This document shows positions 41,942 through 55,105 of a DNA stretch of 64,000 bases, piece after piece (positions within the stretch are counted from its first letter, which is position 1; every line of letters begins with the position of its first letter). The translations under genes and the position numbers were made by a program. The stretch covers positions 85,312,001-85,376,000 of the forward strand of contig OX597820.1 in assembly GCA_951406725.2 (NCBI GenBank), given 5' to 3'. The stretch is from Octopus vulgaris. Lineage: Eukaryota. The notes under the pieces are model-generated. The model was not told the DNA's origin. It was given only the letters and a program-made list of their open reading frames with translations, and made no database searches.

Positions 41942-44489
41942 ATCCTAAAATAATTAATTTATCAAAAAGAGATCTTGACAATGATGAAATCCAACTTCTG
42001 TCAAAAGGACTGAAATTCACACCTACACCAACAGCCAACCACCAAGAATTAAAGGAGGATATCCAAAAATTCTGTCGAAAATTACGACTTGTAGAATTCT
42101 TCGCTAACAAAAGTAATGAGATTAATGAATCCCTAGTAAGGAATAAATCAAATTTCACCCTACCAAAAGGAAGAAATAACTACCTTGACCAATACATTGA
42201 TATCCTGTCTAAATTTCCCCTTAGACGCAATACCAATGTTAGGCCAAACATTAGCAAATCAGAGATGTCTGCATGTAAACGTATACAAAACGATCAAACA
42301 ATAATAATTAAACAAGCAGATAAAGGTGGTGCAATTGTTATTATGGATACCGAATACTATAAGGATTTGGTTGAAGACCAACTGAAGGATACAACCTTCT
42401 ATTGTGAAATACCCGCAAATATAGACCACCACATCATGAAAAAGATCAACAACCTGATTTCAACACACCACAACTCACTTACGGATAATGAAAAAGACTA
42501 CATCACCAATTTTGAACCAAAACCCAGCAACTTCTACGGCTTACCAAAAATACACAAATCAAAAAACATTCAACAGGCAGTAAAAGAACAAGAAAGTGAG
42601 TACATAAAATTATTACATCCAAAAGACCTAAAACTTAGACCTATTATAGCTGGTCCAGCATGCCCTACACACCGTCTAAGCAATTTTATTGACATTGTTT
42701 TGAAACCACTATGTACTTACATACCAAGTTTCATCAGGGATGACATCGACTTCCTGTCCCATCTTCCCAAAACAACAGAAACAAATTCAGTTTTACTAAG
42801 TTTTGATGTGGTAAGCCTCTACACCAATATTCCACACGATTTAGGAATAAAGGCGATTAAATACTGGTTAGAAAAACATAGAGAAGTGATTCCCAGCAGA
42901 TTCACAGTGCCATTTATATTAGACACAGTCAAACTTATTCTAGAAAATAACACATTCTTCTTCAATGGAAAGAATTACATCCAAATTAGAGGCACGGCGA
43001 TGGGAACGAGGTTTGCTCCCGTTTACGCCAACTCTGTAATGGGATACTTAGAAGAACAACTCTACCAAGAGGTGGAGGTAAACTATGGCACTGGATTTAG
43101 AAAGTATATTGAAAAGGCATGGAAGAGATACCTAGACGACTGTTTCATAATCTGGACAGAATCTCTAAATACTCTGGAAGAGTTCAATATCCTCCTGAAC
43201 AACCTACACCCATCTCTCCAATTTACAAAGGAGATGAGTAGTACCAAATTACCATTCCTGGATATAATGGTAATTAAAAAAGACACCACCATCACCACAG
43301 ATATATACTATAAACACACAGACACACATCAATACCTAAATTTTAAGTCGTGCCATCCACCATATACAAAACGTAACATCCCATACTGCCTAGCCAGAAG
43401 AATTTGTACTATTGTAGAAGATGCAAATATCAGGAACAAACGCCTAATAGAACTAAGAGAATTTTTGCTCAAACAAAAATACCCATCTCTACTTATAGAA
43501 AATGGCATACAGCGGGCTATAAAAATACCCATACAACAACTTAGGACAACCCAAGGAAGAGGAAAACAAGAACAAGTCATACCATTCATAGTGACACACA
43601 ACCCATGTCACCAGAATATCTTCAACATTGCCAAAGCAAACCTACCAATCATTGCCCAAAGTAATGAATTAAAAGACATAATCACGGATCGAGCTATGGT
43701 GCTTAGTAAAAGACAGCCTAAAAACTTGAAAACATTACTAACAAAGGCAAAATTTGACCTCAGCAACAAAGACCAAACATTCACGGTATCTAAATGCAAT
43801 GATAGCCGATGTGGCACATGCCAATTCATACATACCGGTCAATATATAAACACAAAAACCGGGAAAATATTCACAAACGCGAATATGAACTGCAAAAGCA
43901 GAAATTTAATTTACTGCATCAAATGCCCAAATTGTGAAGAAATATATGTAGGTCAGACGGGAAACGCACTATTAGAACGCTCACGTGTACACCGGCAACA
44001 GATTAGAGACCCAGAGGTCCGTCAGATACCTTTGAGTAACCACCTAGCAACATGTGGTCGGAAAATATATATAATATTTCCATTCTACAAATTACACAGC
44101 CCAAGTGAAATCGAGAGGAAAATCAGAGAAAAGAATTTTATTGATAAATTCGAACCCAAGCTAAATAAGCAATAATAATAATACTTAGAAGTATTACTTC
44201 CACTGCTACCACCATGACCACTAACAACAACAACAATACAAAAGGTGATCAAGATGAAGATAGCAGGAAAATTATCTTATTTAGGGTTAAAAGTTCTATT
44301 GCCACCACCATCACCACTAGCAACAATAATTAAGGTGCTGACAATGATGATGATGACAATTGAAATATAAAAATATAAAAATCTCTGACAAAGGATATTT
44401 ACAACATTTCTAAAAATAACTCAACAATTGCTGCTTCGGCCAGGGTCAAGATACAGGACTCTTGACATGTCCAACAAAGCGTGATGCCT

Positions 44490-44636
44490 AAACCAATCAG
44501 CTCAACCAACCAATCAGCTTAAGTAATTGAGTGATACTACACACTGATTGGTCAGAATACAGTTTGCAAAACCTAGCACTCTGGAGCCTCTCCCAGCTGT
44601 ATTTATAGCACAGAATCAATCATCTTGCTACAGTCA
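44490..44636 (+). promoter_or_regulatory. Putative Pol II promoter in the PLE 3' terminal repeat (pLTR)
   Basis: CCAATCAGC at 44493 and 44510, reverse CCAAT (CTGATTGG) at 44544-44551, TATTTATA at 44600-44607, and Inr-like ACAGTC 30 nt later at 44630. Confidence 0.5.
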
Positions 44637-44670
44637 AAAATTGTGAAGCATGACTGTCAACACTACTACA

Positions 44671-44715
44671 TGAACCCGAAGATTGCAGAATTCAATGCAT
44701 GAAAGTACTAGTTCA
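44671..44715 (+). ncRNA. Minimal type I hammerhead ribozyme in the PLE 3' region
   Basis: tgaac-CCGAAGA-tTGCA gaattcaa TGCAt-GAAA-gtac-TA-gttca: 5-bp stem I, 4-bp stem II, palindromic AGTACT stem III; core has a U4C change. Confidence 0.75.
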
Positions 44716-44880
44716 ATCAGAATGAATATTTAACATTCTACTATTTCATTTTATTTTATTCAATTATAATATATTATCTTATAATATATCATTATAAGAT
44801 TGTAAATAAAACGTGAAAATCAGACAAGGTTGGAATTCTTTTTATTAATATATTCTTCTATACACAATCACACACACCCA

Positions 44881-45057
<177 letters not shown>

Positions 45058-45211
45058 TGAAGGGAAAGGAATATGGAGAAAGAATGAATATATGAGTAAT
45101 TTATTTTTATGTTATAAAATGATGAAAATGCTTTTAAAAAGCATAACAGTACAAATAAATTGATTACAAGTTGTAAAAGCACAAAAAGTAAAATAAAGGA
45201 GCTTAAATATA

Positions 45212-46395
45212 TTCGGTTGTTTCACATGAAATGTCGCATTTTAATTACTTGTTATTTCAGTCATTTAAAAACTCAATTACGTATACCTTGCATTTAATAT
45301 TGAATATTTTCCTTTCCCAACAATATTCGTATACAAATTCGTACCCACAGATTTTATGAAAATAACAACCAAACTATTTTAAGTGATTATCTCGTATGAG
45401 TACAAACTGGGTCACTCTGTCGCAGAAGCTCTACGGAATATGAAACGGGCCTTTGGTAATGGCTTTGTTGAAATGAGAACTGTGAGGAGATGGTGCCAAT
45501 GCTCTCGCTCAAGAGATGATAGCCTTGAAAATAAACCAATGGTTAGACCAAAATCAGTTACTTGGCATAATATATTAAATGCTTTGGTTGAACAAAATCC
45601 GAGAACAAACGCTTGAAAACGTTCTTCAGAACTCCAAACATCTCGCTCAACGGTCTTTTGACACCTTTGTAGAACGAGAAGCAAAGAAAGAGACGCCTCA
45701 AAATGTGCTCCTTATTGCTTTCTTGACTGGAAAAAAGACCGCTTTTGCATCAAATCATTACTTCTGATGGGAAATGGATACTCTTTGACAACAGCAGGAG
45801 AGCAGGACAATGATTAGATGTAGAAGAGTCACCTAAACACTACCCAAACCAACCACCGCACCATAGAATATTAGTTGTCCCTGTATGGCGGTCTGCTAAT
45901 TATTCTTTATTCATTTTTGCAACAAGGAAAAACGGTGTCAGCAACATTGAATTGCTAGGAAATTGATTGTATGCATGGGAATTTGAAAAAGAAACAACCC
46001 AGATTAATGAGGAGAGATAGCCCAATTTTGCTCCAAGACAATGCACAACCTCGCATTCCACAAGCTACGGTCCAAAAGTTGCAAAGATTGAATTATGAGA
46101 TTTTGCAAAATTCTCCCTATTCCCCTGGTATCTCTCCTACTGATCATCACTTACTTAAGCATTTTGAGTGTTATATAAGTAATAAAAGATTTTTAAATAT
46201 AGAAGAGGTAATTGAAGCATTCGGACAGTTTATCACAGCAAAAGATGAATTTTTTTGTAAGATGGAATTTATGACATAGAGTAAAGATCACAAAGGAATA
46301 TGAATCATACTTTGATAAATAAATCAGTTCTCTAAAGCTTCTGTAACATTTTATTGTTACCTTTCATATACGACATTACATGTGAAACAACCTAA
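45212..46395 (+). mobile_element. Full-length degenerate mariner (D,D34D-type) transposon with TIRs and TA target-site duplication
   Basis: Left TIR ttcggttgtttcacatgaaatgtcg; right TIR cgacattacatgtgaaacaacctaa; TA on both sides. Transposase remnants YEYKLGHSVAEALRNM..RTVRRWC, IITSDGKWILFDN, LLQDNAQP, SPYSPGISPTDHHL, with stops and frameshifts. Confidence 0.92.
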
Positions 46396-46654
46396 TATGT
46401 TTCAGTCCTATCACCTAGCTGATCAAAAGTTCTAAGCATCTGGTTAAATGCTTAGAAAGGTATCATATTCTAGCTATAAGGTGTAGGATTTTCTTCAGGG
46501 TTAATTATGAACTTATGGAACTTAGGTTATCTTTGTTTCTTTTGAAGGATGCATACAGAGTATTATTGAGTTGAACAAGTAAAAAGGTATATATAGTAAG
46601 TGTATCTAAGTGATGGGATCTATATATTCATGAATATACCATGTATTAGACTCA

Positions 46655-47065
46655 CTTTCGTCACGTGTCAGCGACGAGAGAATCGAGGAGGGAGAGAGAG
46701 GGAACGGTGATGAGTAAAGGAGAAGAATAGGGAAAGGTGGGAGAGAAAAACCAGAAAGGATGAAGTAAAAGCGAGGGAGAGATATAGACAGAGAAGAGAT
46801 AGTAAAGATAGAAGAGTGTGCATCGTAATTATTAAGATAAAATTTGGAAAAGGATGCGTGGCGTTCGATCATATACTAATATAAATAATATATAAATATA
46901 TGAATATATACATACATATATATACATACCTACATATATATATATATATATATGTATAAATGTAGGTATGTACATATATGTATTATATATGCATATATTT
47001 ATATATTATTTATATTTTTCTATGATCGAACACCACGCATCCTTTTTCAAGAAAATTTTATCATA
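46655..47065. repeat. Head-to-head pair of non-coding repeat (family P) starts around a central (TA)n
   Basis: gatgcgtggcgttcgatcata (46853-46873) versus tatgatcgaacaccacgcatc (47021-41); tacatacctaca versus tgtaggtatgta around ~46945. The left arm is the reverse complement of 49570-49780. Confidence 0.75.
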
Positions 47066-47709
47066 TTTATTTATACATATATCTATGTATACACATTCAC
47101 ACATAGGTTTAATCACTCTCACACATATATTCATTCATACATATCAGAGGAGTGGATGTGTGCACGTTTGCATTACTGTTTTTGAGAATATTTGCGTGAT
47201 TGATGACGTGTTGTAATTTATAATCACATCATTAATGAGTGATGATTGGTGTAGTATATACTGTCCTCAAAGTTATTCTTGCAGTATTTCGTTTGTTAAT
47301 GAGAATTTATTGAATTGTAAATTAATTATTTAGGTCTTGAATTATTCATCTAATTTCCTAACTCGATCAATTGCTTTGTAAAATTTATTGCGAATAGACA
47401 CATCCCTGCCACATACACACATACGGCCACAGACAATGTCTACAGTGTATATTTATACACCTTCACATAAGCATATAGTGTGATAAAGTCAAAGTAGAGA
47501 TAGGGAAAATAAATATTGTTCAGATATATTATCAATGTTCTGTTTCTCGTTCATCGCTTTTTTACTAGACTTATATATTTTTTTAGTACATACACAAAAA
47601 GATACACAAATGCAGACATACACAAACAATCATGCTCACACACGTATAGATATGTATGTTTTTACATGTAATAAATATGTATGTATGTATATATATATAT
47701 ATATATATT

Positions 47710-49330
47710 ATTTATTTATTTAAACGTCACAAAACATGTATTAAAGCGTTACTAATAGTTTCATATATTGAGAAAACACAAACATATTCTTCAGGTGCAA
47801 ACCACGTATCATTACGAACTAAAGAAATTCAATAATAGAAGAAACGCAAAAAAAAACTGAGAAGGGAACATATAGAAAACTCAGACAGTACGAAAAACAG
47901 AAATGAAAACGAAAAACAGAAATGAAAATCAGGAACTGAGATCTAAAAAGTAAAAAAAGTGAAAGAGCTATCCTCCTTAGACCATAAGTGATAAGGTTGA
48001 AAATATATCAAGTCCGTCAGGAATAGGCGGAAATTTTCTATTCTTCAAAATATATTTATAGATATGCATGCAACTACTGAACATTTCTGACCTGCAGCTC
48101 AATAGAGAGTTAAGGATCTTAGATCTGCACTCTTTTAGCCAATGTCTACATTTATTTGATTCATTCACATAAGGTATGGATTTCTCATTTACTTTCCATT
48201 TAATCACATGAGGTGTTTCGTAAGTCCATACGTAGCTAGCCAACTTAGTAGTTTTACCAATTTCCCTATGTCTGAAGGAGGTTATGTGATCGGCATAGTG
48301 ATTTTTAAATTCACCTTCACACAATCCAATATAGGTCTTCTTACAAGTTGTATTATTATTTAGGGTTGTAGTAACTTCTGCCGATAGATTAAGTCATACA
48401 TCTCTGGTCAAGTGGGCAGGATCCTGGGTCGCGTCAGTTGCAACTGGATTCAGGCTTTTGGTATTGATTACGTGTAGTGATACTCTTCATATTGGAGCAG
48501 CAGCTATATGATAATTTCACAGGAAGCCTATTGAATATTTTTCTGTACCTGTGAGTTGCTCGAAAGTATTTGTTTAGGAGAGACAGGAAGCTTTTACCAA
48601 TGTGAGTTTTCATATTAAGGGAACTAAATAGTTTTCGTGGCCTCTTTTTAGGTTTCTTCTTATCCTGATTAATACTAAAGTGGTTATGTAATACTTTATC
48701 TTTGATGCCACTAGATCTATTATTAATATTTTGATTATTAGAGGGATTCTATATTAATTTATCTTTGAGGCCACTATTGGTTAGGGCCTTGTTATAATAG
48801 GGGGCAGCTTTCTCGAAAATTTCTTTGAAAGAATAGAGGTTATACACTTTGTTACTAATATTAGCTATCAGGATTTTAAATACTAGAGGAAGGTGCCAAG
48901 ACTGTTTATGTATATATGCGAGTTTCTCATAGGGATTATCTAAAGATTTATATGAGGAGTTTAAATGTAGGGAAACATCTAAATCATAAACTATAGAGAG
49001 ATTAGTGGCTACTGTAATTTGAAGTCCTAATAGATTTAAGGTAGAAATGTGTTGCTTCCTAAATCTATCAAGGGTGTGACCATCACATTCATGAGAAATA
49101 CCCAAACCATCGTCACGGTATAGGTCATTGATATGAGATGGGTATCTATATCTCAATGTGCTTAATATAAATAAATCTACAAGATCACAGACGTCAGCAC
49201 TATCATGTGACCCCAGAGATACATCAAATAGTTCATCATTATGCGACGTTTTTACCCATGCTAAGCCTTCTATTACAGTAATACACTTATTCTATTGTTG
49301 AAGACCAGCAATTTCCCTAATTCTATTATT
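47710..49330 (-). mobile_element. Degenerate Nematis-like PLE (RT palm/thumb + GIY-YIG)
   Basis: FDVSLGSHDSADVCDLV, LYRDDGLGI, GLQITVATNL, FEKAAPYYNKAL, KTYIGLCEGEFKNHYADHITSF..KLASYVW..IKWKV..KCRHWLKE..RSEMFSSCMH; frameshifted. Confidence 0.85.
47750..47798 (-). ncRNA. Hammerhead ribozyme motif at the 3' end of the Nematis-like PLE
   Basis: Minus strand: ac-CTGAAGA-ATATGTT tgtgttttctc AATATAT-GAAA-ctat-TA-gt. Intact core, 7-bp stem II (one GU), weak stem I. Confidence 0.6.
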
Positions 49331-49501
49331 AATATTTCTAAGTATTTTTTTTAGATACTAGCCTAATTTCAGATCTATATATATATCAGTGAGAGAGAAT
49401 TATATTACAGTAGAAGAAATAGCTAAGTTTTTTGCTGCTGTTTCCCAAAAGTTCGGTGTGTGGTAAAGTAAATTATTTTACTGAACCCTATTTTTATAAA
49501 G

Positions 49502-49539
<38 letters not shown>

Positions 49540-49540
<1 letters not shown>

Positions 49541-50182
49541 TATATTTATACATTATTTATATTATTATATGATCGAACGCCACGCATCTTTTTCCAAGTA
49601 AGTTTTATCTTAATGATTACGATGCGCACTGTTCTATCTCTACTATCCCTCCTCTATCTATCTCTCTTCTTCATTATTTCTGCTTTTCTCTCCCACCCTT
49701 CCCTATTCTTCTTCTCTCCTCTTCACTGTTCTCTATCTCTCACTCCTCCTCCTCGATTCTCTTGTCGCTGACACGTGACAAAAGGAAATCTATCTTTCTG
49801 CTCACTACCCTCGTAAAGACAAAGTGTGCTTATACAATCTCATCCTCGTCCTCCTAGCGTTCATAATAATTTTTCTATAGTCTTGGCTTAACGGCTCTCA
49901 CCGTTTGTTTTTACTGTCTTGTTCTCACTGTCCTGTTCTTATTACCACTTTTATCCTCTGCAAAAAAAACAAATTTATTTAATTTGCTTTGCGGGAAGGA
50001 TTGTATCAACGAAGTCGCGTATTGTCCTTGCCTTTGAACGTGGAGTATATGAAACAGAGACAACTGATGAAGGGGAATATTATTTATGTTGCAAGTCTCG
50101 TTTCTCTGTTTGTTTTTTCGTTGTTTGAAAAAAAGTTAGATTTCTGTTTTTGTTTTTATGTTTCGTTTTCTCATTGTGTTCA
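49540..50182 (+). repeat. Longest copy of non-coding repeat family P
   Basis: Homologous segments at 46655-46930 (-), 46960-47065 (+), 52660-53140 (-) and 56140-56320 (+). Shared words include gatcgaacgccacgcatc, gtcgctgacacgtgac, actgtcctgtt..ttacca..cctctgc, ctgaNgaaggg and tttctcattgtgttc. Confidence 0.8.
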
Positions 50183-50184
50183 TA

Positions 50185-51130
50185 CCCACAGATGCAACTA
50201 AAACCTTCGTTAAAGAAAGGAAGCCTTACAAAGATTGAAGAATGACAACTCAATCATCCTAAAAGATGCCGATAAGGGAGAGGTGATAGTAATAATGGAC
50301 AATGATTGTTATATAGATAGAATATAGGAAATGTTAATAAACCAAACCTACTACAAGGAAGAGCCAAGACACTTAGAAAAAACAATAATGAATAAGATCA
50401 GAAGACTAATCAATATATTCCAAGAAGGCTTCCTCACAATGCAGAAATACCCCTTAGGATTAATTGATAAGGGAATTAAAAATGTGATGAAACTGAACAT
50501 TACCCAACTACAGACACCTATGGAAAAAAGTTAATGAAAATACGATTCCTTTCGTTAACACACACAGTCCTGCAATAAGCAACATCTTTCACGCCATAAA
50601 ATCGAACTTACATATACTCCTACACAGCCCCAAAATGAAAAATCTGATTGAAAAAAAAACTTACAGAATAGCAGACGCCAACCAAAAACTCCTCACAAGG
50701 GCAGAATTCAAATCAGAGAATGATTCAGAATTCTTTGTAAAAGAGTGACAGAGTGTGGAGATAGGAGATGTGGAACATGCTACAACACCAACAACTTCGA
50801 ATACTAGGAAAGTGGTTCCCACATAAAATTCAAGAGCTGATCCGTTTTCAAAATAAATGCAGATATGAACTGCAAAACGCAAAACCTCATTTACCTGCCC
50901 AAACTGCAAAGAATATTATATTGTCGAAACAAATAATTCCCTCTGCCAACGTTCTAGTATCCACAGACAAATCATCTGACAAGAGGAATTATGCAAGATT
51001 CCATTAAGTAAGCATCTGGAAATATGCAGCGACGGAAAATTCAAAATTTTTTCCTTTTACAAATGTGCACGGGTGGATCCGCAAGACTGAAAAGCAATCG
51101 AACTATATTTCTTCAAAATATTCTCTCCAA
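50185..51130 (+). pseudogene. Internally deleted, degenerate Neptune-type PLE
   Basis: IILKDADKGEVIVIMDNDCY..KYPLGLIDKGI..RRCGTC..NADMNCKTQNLIY, colinear with ORF 42265-44175 but lacking most of the RT. Confidence 0.75.
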
Positions 51131-51454
51131 AAGTCAATGTTTGATAGAAAAGTGGAGACAGTACATTTTGTGTTATACTAATGTTCTCTGGTGCAAAAAT
51201 ATGAAATTGAAATAGGTGTGATCAGAGTTACACAGTATAAACATGGACATGTTCCCAAACACACAGACACACACATAAACACGCACACACATACACGTGC
51301 ACACCTCATCAAGATTCTCTCCAAAATTGAATGTTTGAAGCTAAAGTGGAGAATTGGCATTTTTTATTCCAAATGTGACTCATCTCTACAAATGTCCAGA
51401 TATATATATATGTGGGTAGCATTGCGATGTTTTAGTTGTACGTATATATGTATA

Positions 51455-51797
51455 CTCTTTCACTCTTTTACTTGTTTCAGTCATTTGACTGTGGCCATGC
51501 TGGAGCACCACCTTTTTAGGCGAGCAAATCGACCCCAGGAATTATTCTATCGGTGTCTTTTGCCGAACCGCTAAGGTACGGTGACCTAAACACACCAGCA
51601 TCGGTTGTCAAGCAATGTCGCGGGGGGACAAACATACACACACACACACACATACATACGACGGGCTTATTTCATTTTCTGTCTACCATATCCGAGGCTA
51701 TAGTAACAAACAGTTCCCCAAGGTGCCACGCAGTGGGACTGAACCAGGGACCATGTCGTTGGTATATAAGCTACTTACCATATAACCACTCCTACGC
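51455..51797 (-). mobile_element. SINE family B copy
   Basis: Reverse complement reads ggcgtaggagtggttatatggtaagtagc..ggttcagtcccactgcgtggcaccttgggg..gcttgacaaccgatgctgg..tgctccagcatggccacagtcaaatgactgaaacaagtaaaagag. Confidence 0.85.
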
Positions 51798-51831
<34 letters not shown>

Positions 51832-51849
51832 GAGAATATCATATCGATA

Positions 51850-52085
51850 GTTGATCTGCTTCTTCTAAAGCCACACTACGATTCCGGATAGATTCGAGAA
51901 GCAAGTAGTTGTAGCCTGGCCAGGATAACGCGGGCAAAGGTCTTTCCAACAGTGCTTAGAAGGGATATACCACGGTAATTGTTACAATCACCACGGTCAC
52001 CTTTGTTTTTGTAGAGCGTAATGATGTTGGCATCCCGCATATCCTGAGGGACTGTACCCTCTTCCCAGCACTGACACAGAAAGGA
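51850..52085 (-). pseudogene. RTE (BovB-like) LINE reverse transcriptase fragment
   Basis: LCQCWEEGTVPQDMRDANIITLYKNKGDRGDCNNYRGISLLSTVGKTFARVILARL..IYPES is the canonical RTE RT domain 0-2. Confidence 0.9.
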
Positions 52086-52622
52086 TGCCAATACAATACA
52101 ATACAATATATATATATATATCTTTCATTTTATTATTCTTTTTCAAATTTTATACTACAGCTTTTTTCATACAGAACTACGTTTCATAAAAAAATTCCCT
52201 CCAAAATATAATGTTTGGAAGGGGAGACAGTGCATTTTGTATTATAAATATAATTCAAAGAGGAGAAATAGAAAGAAAGAGGAGGAAAAGAAGGAAAGGA
52301 TAAGAGAGAAAGAAAGCCAAATGTTGACTAAACCGCACCTGTATATTTATTTATTTATTTATTTATTTGTAGAGGTCACCATCCTTAAAACCAGTCCAAT
52401 ACAATAGTAAAGAACTGAATAAATAAATGAATGGTGAATAGGGAGGTGGGATACTCCTTCTCTCTCACTCTACCTATCTATGTATCTCTCTGACTATCGA
52501 TCTATATATCGATATTTCTATATATATATCTATCACCCTATCTACATACCTATATTTCTATCTACCCATTTCCATTGTCATGGAACCTTACCCCACAAAA
52601 AAAAAACAATCATACCTAACAT

Positions 52623-52659
<37 letters not shown>

Positions 52660-52662
<3 letters not shown>

Positions 52663-53140
52663 TAAATAAAACATATGCATATATATAAACATATATGTAC
52701 GTACCTACCTCTACATGTATATATACACGCATATATGAGTACAGGACACCAAAAGGACGTCGAACACAATGAGAAACGAAAACATAGACACAAACCCAAG
52801 GAACTGGACATTTTTTTAAACAACAAAAAAATGGAGTACATGACAATTAACACAAAGAATAAAACCCTTCTTCAGTCGCCATGGTTCATCTACTCTACGT
52901 GTCGAAGGTGAAGGCGAGACGTATCTTCGATAAGAAACGTTCCTTCCTGCGAAAAGCAAATCAATTAAAATTTGAGATCTTTTCGCAGAGGGGTAAAAAT
53001 GGTAACAAAAACAGGACAGTAACGACAGTACAAAATATAAACAGTAAAAGACAGGACAAGGAAAAACAAGATAAGAAGGGCTGTTAACGCCGAACGAGAA
53101 AAAGTATTACGAACGCTGAATTTTGTGAACGACGAACGGA
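52660..53140 (-). repeat. Repeat family P copy, fused to the truncated Nematis-like RT
   Basis: Reverse complement is colinear with 49850-50182 and then continues through gtcctgtactca..gtaggtacgtacatatatg into (TA)n. Confidence 0.75.
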
Positions 53141-53144
53141 GCAA

Positions 53145-54800
53145 AAAGAATTGAGGGTGGATGACTTGACTCTTTGTTAATATCAAATAGCTTTTCGTTG
53201 GGGTTATGGTAGGGTTTAAATTTATCTAATTGCAAATCAAAGTCAATATCTAAGAATATCAACATTATGTATGTTACTTTCCGTCGTTATCAGTACGCCC
53301 ATTCTTTGGAAGAAAGATTATTCATAAATCTGTGTAACTCATGACCCTTTAAATCACGGGTGACTATAAGACCGCCATCCCTGTATAATCCTGGATCTAT
53401 AAAAGGGAATTCCAGATGCTGGTTATGCAACATATAAGCTTCTATAAGTATATATAATTCGGCTACATTATATGACTCCATCATTACATCGAATAAAGAA
53501 CCCTCCCCCTTTTTAACCCAAGTGGAATCACCGTAAAAAAGGAGGGATTTCCTTGCATGCGGGATGATTTTTAAATCAGCGTTATCGATGGTGGCATATG
53601 GTTTGGCGAACTGTAATGCTTTAAGAAGTAAAGGCCTGGATAATGACGAGTAAAAATCGATAATTTATAGCTAATTCCTTTGAAGCAGTCTATCACTGAC
53701 TTACTATTTCCCTAAATCCGTAAATAAATTTCTTCATTTAGCTTGTTTAAAATAGAATCTAAAATATTTTTGCTAATAAGACCTATTTCTGTTTTAGTTG
53801 GGTTAATTAGCCTACATTTAGGGTTTGTATTGAAGTTGGCTTTGTGGTCATTAAGGGTAATAAAGTGTTTGCGTGGGAGCGGTATTCTATCCTATCACTA
53901 ACTTTAAGATTTTTAGCAAACCTACCTTCTATATTCACCTCTTTATATAAATTCGTGTTATCATTTTTGTAGGTGCCTGTACTGCAATTTGAAAGAAGAT
54001 GTTTGTAAAGATCTTTTAGAAACGTGTAAAGGTTTTTTTGTTTTATCGGAGTTTACCAAAATTTTATCTGAGTTCATTATATTTTAATTTTTTCTTTCAC
54101 ATCACTCTGTAGCGGATTGCTGAATTTACGGAATTTTTATTCTTCTAACAAGCTCGAAAAGGTCTTTGTCAAAAGTTTCTTATTCCAAAATAGGTGGTGG
54201 GTTTTTAGAAGATTTAAATCCATATATCTTTTCGTTATTCTGTTGTTTCGTGTCAAAGAAGTGAGCTTTTTATCTCATTCTTCAGACAAAATCTTTTTTT
54301 TCAATAAGATTTTTGAGGTATTGCTTCTGCGCCGGGATATGTATGTCTTTTAGAGAAAATCTAGTGGCTGGGGATCCATGTCTTTCAGCTATTTCTTCTT
54401 CCTATTTGTGGAGAGTCGCACAAACTTTCTTAAAAATGAGCGGATTACACCAGAGTAAGTATGTAAATGTGCAACAATGTGGAAAAACTAGTACTCGAAT
54501 ACCGGAGTAAGCTGCAAAAACACCACAAAAGCTGTAACTCAGCGTTTCACGTTCCCTTGAAAGACGAGGGCATTTGAATTGCTGCAGACACGCGACGAGT
54601 TTTAAAATGTCAACTGAAAAAAGAGCGTAAGGGTGATTTTTTGACTTTCTCATTTGAATTTGGCTTATACGCCTAAAATATAGACATCTTTTAGTATTAC
54701 AATGGTGGTACATATTTCGCCTTCATATTTTACATTCGAGTTTTTAGAAAGCCTTCCATTGTTTAGCAAATTTAAATATAAATTTTTCCCGAAGTAAAAT
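53145..54800 (-). pseudogene. Degenerate Nematis-like PLE RT region
   Basis: FITLNDHKANFNTNPKCRLINPTKTEIGLISKNILD, FYSSLS..LLLKALQFAK, FDVMMESYNVAE, GLYRDGGL, FLDIDFDL..KPYHNPNEKL..INKESSHPPSI. The 5' boundary is approximate. Confidence 0.82.
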
Positions 54801-55066
54801 TTTACTAATTTTTACTCATTTTCATATTTTAATTTTCAATTTTAAATTTATATTTTTCAAATTTACATTATGCTTAATCATATTATATCAATTTTCTTAT
54901 TTTAATATTCAAAACACCAGACAGTTTTTAATATTTTGGATGCATATGTTTATATATATATATATATATATGCGTGTCTACATGGGTGCGTTTTTATGTG
55001 TGTATCTTTGCAAGCTTACAGAAGTATCTAATATTGTTAGTGTTTGGGAACGCCAGCTTCCAAATC

Positions 55067-55105
<39 letters not shown>

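Noticed and set aside
42265-44175. Telomerase (TERT) or bacterial retron/group II intron RT
   Set aside because: The C-terminal GIY-YIG, DKG motif and hammerhead-bearing terminus identify a Penelope-like element. The single TTAGGG at 44281 is not a telomeric array.
44176-44440. SECIS/selenoprotein recoding as in some Naiad PLEs
   Set aside because: ORF2 has no in-frame TGA, the endonuclease is C-terminal, and no SECIS-like stem is evident.
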